Shown here: positions 61,378 to 64,000 of the stretch, piece by piece
How positions within the stretch are numbered: position 1 is the first letter of the stretch
How the letters are laid out: each line of letters begins with the position of its first letter
Notes under the pieces: model-generated
What the model saw: only the letters and a program-made list of their open reading frames with translations
Database searches by the model: none
What the model was told of the DNA's origin: nothing
Made by a program: the position numbers and the translations under genes
Assembly: GCA_964244175.1 (NCBI GenBank)
Contig: CAXTHY010000009.1
Span: 29-64,028 of the forward strand
DNA length: 64,000 bases
Source: an uncultured Jatrophihabitans sp.
GTDB taxonomy: Bacteria; Actinomycetota; Actinomycetes; Mycobacteriales; Jatrophihabitantaceae
Reading direction: 5' to 3'

Positions 61378-63234
61378 TCAGGTCGCCGCCGGTGCCGTCC
61401 ACTCCTGCGCCGGCAATACCTGGGCCAGGTTCTCCATCCGGCGCTGCACCGCGGCCACCTCGCGCACGGCCTGCGCCACCACGCTGCGGTCGATGGGTGA
61501 GAGCAGCTGCATCGTGACCACGTCAGACGGCCGGTGGCCGCGCTGGTGGGCCCGCAGCTGGTAGCGCAGCCGCAAGCGCTGCAGCACCTCGAACACCTCG
61601 ATCAGCGTTGTGGCCTGCTCGTCCGGCAGCATCGTCGACCCGGCCGCCGCTTGCAGCCGGGCGGTGGTCGCAAGCTCCGACGCGCCGACGCTCAGGGCCG
61701 CCCACCGCGCGATGTTGATGATGGGGACGAGGGCGTGGGCTTTCATGTCGAACGTCCCGCCCCGGCGGGCCAGCACGTCGCGGACCGAACGCAGCTTGGC
61801 CCGGTGCGACAGCGATTCGTGCAGCAGGAGCCGCATGGTGCCGGGATGCCGGCGTAGCTCGGCGAACACCTTCGACACGACCGGCAACCCGGGGTCGCCG
61901 TGGATGGGGCGGCCGTCGACGAGCAACGACGTCATGATCGCGCCCTTGTTGTCGGCCGGCGCGGCGAGCCAGTCCTGCGCGGCCGCGCGCCACTGCGTGT
62001 CGGTGCGGGCGAACAACCGATGGGCGGCCGTCGCACCGTGCTCATCGACGCCGACACCGGCCGCCTCGAGGATCTCGTTGACCTCAGCGAAGGCGGCGCG
62101 GTAGCGGTCCTGGTCGGCCGCAGTGATGGAGGCGTGGAAGGCGACGGCCGAGTCGACGTCGGAACTGGGCACCGCCTCCCGCCGGCCGTTGCTGCCCAGC
62201 GACAGCCAGGTGAAGGCGTCGATGTTCAGCTCGGGATGCCGCTCGAAGGTCAGCACGAGCGCGCGGCGCACCATCGTGTCGATGGTGGCCGAGTACACCG
62301 CGATCACCTTGTTGGTGGCCAGGCCGCGGTCGAGCAGGTCGTCGAGCATCGCCGGCGCCCGCCGCCCGCGCTGGACGAGGTCCTCGACGCTGCCCGCTCG
62401 GGCGAGCTGCTGGCGCAGCGCGACCCCGGCCGTCGCCGTCGACACCACGAAGTCGGTGGGGGCCACCGCGCCGCGCAACCGGCCGGCGCGGTCGACCACC
62501 AACAAGAAGTCGGCCTGCTGGTCCAGCAGCGTGATCAGCGCTTCGGCCGCCGACTCGCCCACCGTGGTCGTCGGGGCCGGCGAGTCGACCAGCTTCCCGA
62601 CCGGATCGCTCGGCGGCGTCGCCCCGACGATGACCCGCTCACGCAGCAACGCGTCGGTGATCAGGCCGTACCGCCGCTTCCCGAGATCGACGGCGGCGTA
62701 GGCCACGCCGTGTTCGCCCATGCGCCGCGCGACCTCGCTGATCGGGGTCCGCGGGCCGACGATGACCGGTTCGCGGACGATCAGCTCGTCGACGACCCCG
62801 TAGGAGGGGAACGCCGCGGACCGCGGGGGCGATTGCGATAGGTGCTCGGCCAGGAAGCGCGCCCCGGACGCGGACGAGAACGCCGGCTTGACCGCCGACG
62901 AGGGGATGCGCGCCAGCGTCGTGTCCTGCGTCGCGACCACCCGGGGGCCGACGGAGCGTTGCGTGAGCATTGCTGAGTAGCCGAACACCCCGCCCGGGCC
63001 GAGGGCCTCCTCCGGTTCGTCGGCGCTTGATTCGACGCTGCCCCACAGCTCGACCGCGCCGCTCACCACGACGAACAGCTCGCGGATCGGCTCGACGAAC
63101 GCGTCGATCACCTTTGCCCCGGGGCGGACGCGCTCAATTCGTGCGGCGTCGGCCACCTTGCGCAACGCCGCGTCATCCAGCCCGTCGAAAGGCGCGTGCT
63201 CCGAGAGGAAGCGGGCGAGATCGTCGGCCTGCAC
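61378..63234 (-). CDS. cNMP-binding / tandem CBS / DUF294-type nucleotidyltransferase signal-transduction protein
   Basis: 618 aa from GTG 63234. N-terminal cNMP-binding-like domain (GGVFGYSAML). CBS pair. Pol-beta-type NTase motif LSLGSNGRREAVPSSDVDSAV. C-terminal substrate-binding helical domain. Confidence 0.8.
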   Translation of the reverse strand: MQADDLARFLSEHAPFDGLDDAALRKVADAARIERVRPGAKVIDAFVEPIRELFVVVSGAVELWGSVESSADEPEEALGPGGVFGYSAMLTQRSVGPRVVATQDTTLARIPSSAVKPAFSSASGARFLAEHLSQSPPRSAAFPSYGVVDELIVREPVIVGPRTPISEVARRMGEHGVAYAAVDLGKRRYGLITDALLRERVIVGATPPSDPVGKLVDSPAPTTTVGESAAEALITLLDQQADFLLVVDRAGRLRGAVAPTDFVVSTATAGVALRQQLARAGSVEDLVQRGRRAPAMLDDLLDRGLATNKVIAVYSATIDTMVRRALVLTFERHPELNIDAFTWLSLGSNGRREAVPSSDVDSAVAFHASITAADQDRYRAAFAEVNEILEAAGVGVDEHGATAAHRLFARTDTQWRAAAQDWLAAPADNKGAIMTSLLVDGRPIHGDPGLPVVSKVFAELRRHPGTMRLLLHESLSHRAKLRSVRDVLARRGGTFDMKAHALVPIINIARWAALSVGASELATTARLQAAAGSTMLPDEQATTLIEVFEVLQRLRLRYQLRAHQRGHRPSDVVTMQLLSPIDRSVVAQAVREVAAVQRRMENLAQVLPAQEWTAPAAT

Positions 63235-63250
63235 CCGGCCATCGTGCCTG

Positions 63251-64000
63251 TTACGCCAAGACGGTGGCCAGTTCCAGCACGAAGGCGCGCCACGGCCGGT
63301 GCGGCTTTGCACCGTGCCCAGGATCGACGCCGACGATGCGGGCGTCACTGAGGGTGACGGTGGTGTGCGCCGCGTCCGGGTCGAGCGTGACCAGCCCGGC
63401 CAGCTCGGCATCGCCGCGCACCCAGCGGCGGCGCCAGTCGACGACGCTCGAGTGGCCGTGCACCTGGCTGAACGGCATCGCGCCCGCCGCCTGCCAGCTC
63501 GGCACGAGCTCGGTCGCGGCGGCCGCCCACAGTGGACCGGCGCTCGCGGTCGGCTCGCTGCGCCCGAGCATCTGCCCGGCGGCGAACAACACGTCCTCGT
63601 GCGTGCCGATGAAGGAGTTGATGGCCTTGGCCGCCAGCGTCGCGGCGGCCGGCGCGTCGAGGGCGCGGCGCCAGTAGCCCTCGGTCAGCCCGGCATGCGT
63701 GACAACGAAGTCCTCGCCGCCGCAGCGGACGGCGGCCGCGGCCCGCATCTGCCCGTTCGACCACCAGCGCCGCAGCGTTTCGGCGGCGACGTCCTCGATG
63801 CGGTGCGGCCACTCGAACGCGGGGTCGCGCAGGTACTGCCCCTCGTGGTTGCCGGCCAACTGCACCCACTGCCCGGACTGCGTGCGGAGGTAGCGGTCGA
63901 CGAGCGCGACGACGCCCTCGGAGTCGGGGCCGCGGTGGACCAGGTCGCCGACCTGGATCACGGTCAGGTCCTCGGGCAGGCGCAGCGTCTGCGGGTCGGC
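63251..64000 (-). CDS. Calcineurin-like metallophosphoesterase (5' end beyond the window)
   Basis: Motifs: GDLVHRGPDS, LAGNHEG, VHGHSS. The frame stays open to base 64000 (ADPQTLRLPEDLTVIQVGD...). It ends 16 nt upstream of the next gene. Confidence 0.8.
   Translation of the reverse strand, partial: ADPQTLRLPEDLTVIQVGDLVHRGPDSEGVVALVDRYLRTQSGQWVQLAGNHEGQYLRDPAFEWPHRIEDVAAETLRRWWSNGQMRAAAAVRCGGEDFVVTHAGLTEGYWRRALDAPAAATLAAKAINSFIGTHEDVLFAAGQMLGRSEPTASAGPLWAAAATELVPSWQAAGAMPFSQVHGHSSVVDWRRRWVRGDAELAGLVTLDPDAAHTTVTLSDARIVGVDPGHGAKPHRPWRAFVLELATVLA

Noticed and set aside
61366-61381. Palindrome CTGACT-cc-AGTCAG containing both convergent stop codons
   Set aside because: The stem is too short (6 bp, 2-nt loop) to be a meaningful terminator. 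It is largely a by-product of TGA facing TCA, so it is mentioned only as context.

Overview
This is a very GC-rich, gene-dense bacterial chromosome segment. Third codon positions are almost all G/C. It has actinobacterial-style features: many GTG starts, frequent 4-nt ATGA/GTGA stop-start overlaps, and many long spurious antisense ORFs. I can support about 57 protein-coding genes. I found no rRNA, tRNA, CRISPR array, transposase or integrase.

The content is a patchwork of accessory catabolism centred on small nitrogenous or N-methylated compounds and on C1-tetrahydrofolate handling:
- a 2-aminobenzoyl/salicylyl-CoA-type monooxygenase-reductase with beta-oxidation-like genes (1-4915)
- an ETF-linked dimethylglycine/sarcosine-dehydrogenase-type operon (8954-13219)
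- PurU
- a complete corrinoid methyltransferase system built on a non-pyrrolysine MttB-family enzyme (15129-22386)
- an NCS1 permease / deaminase / 2OG-oxygenase operon (24246-27081)
- pcaB-pcaL
- a minimal ethanolamine ammonia-lyase operon
- a ureohydrolase / NCS1 / amidase / creatininase / FAD-oxidase cluster (37331-45074)
- an ABC transporter / CodA-like amidohydrolase / MetV-MetF-like fusion operon (45135-50233)
- a signalling or conflict-like block (55480-64000) with GGDEF-EAL, a TPR-CHAT protease translationally coupled to a small EACC1-like protein, a degenerate NUDIX-like protein, a cNMP/CBS/nucleotidyltransferase protein and a metallophosphoesterase

The candidates I rate most worth follow-up are:
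1. the B12-dependent MttB/corrinoid/RACo/DUF1638 system wired to aerobic-type ETF and THF enzymes
2. the CHAT plus small-partner module
3. the MetV-motif/MTHFR-like fusion operon
4. the tightly coupled permease-deaminase-oxygenase operon

There is also a family of long palindromic intergenic repeats and several candidate operator palindromes. All family calls come from motif recognition in the supplied translations and from start/stop geometry read in the DNA. No database search or computation beyond manual inspection was possible.
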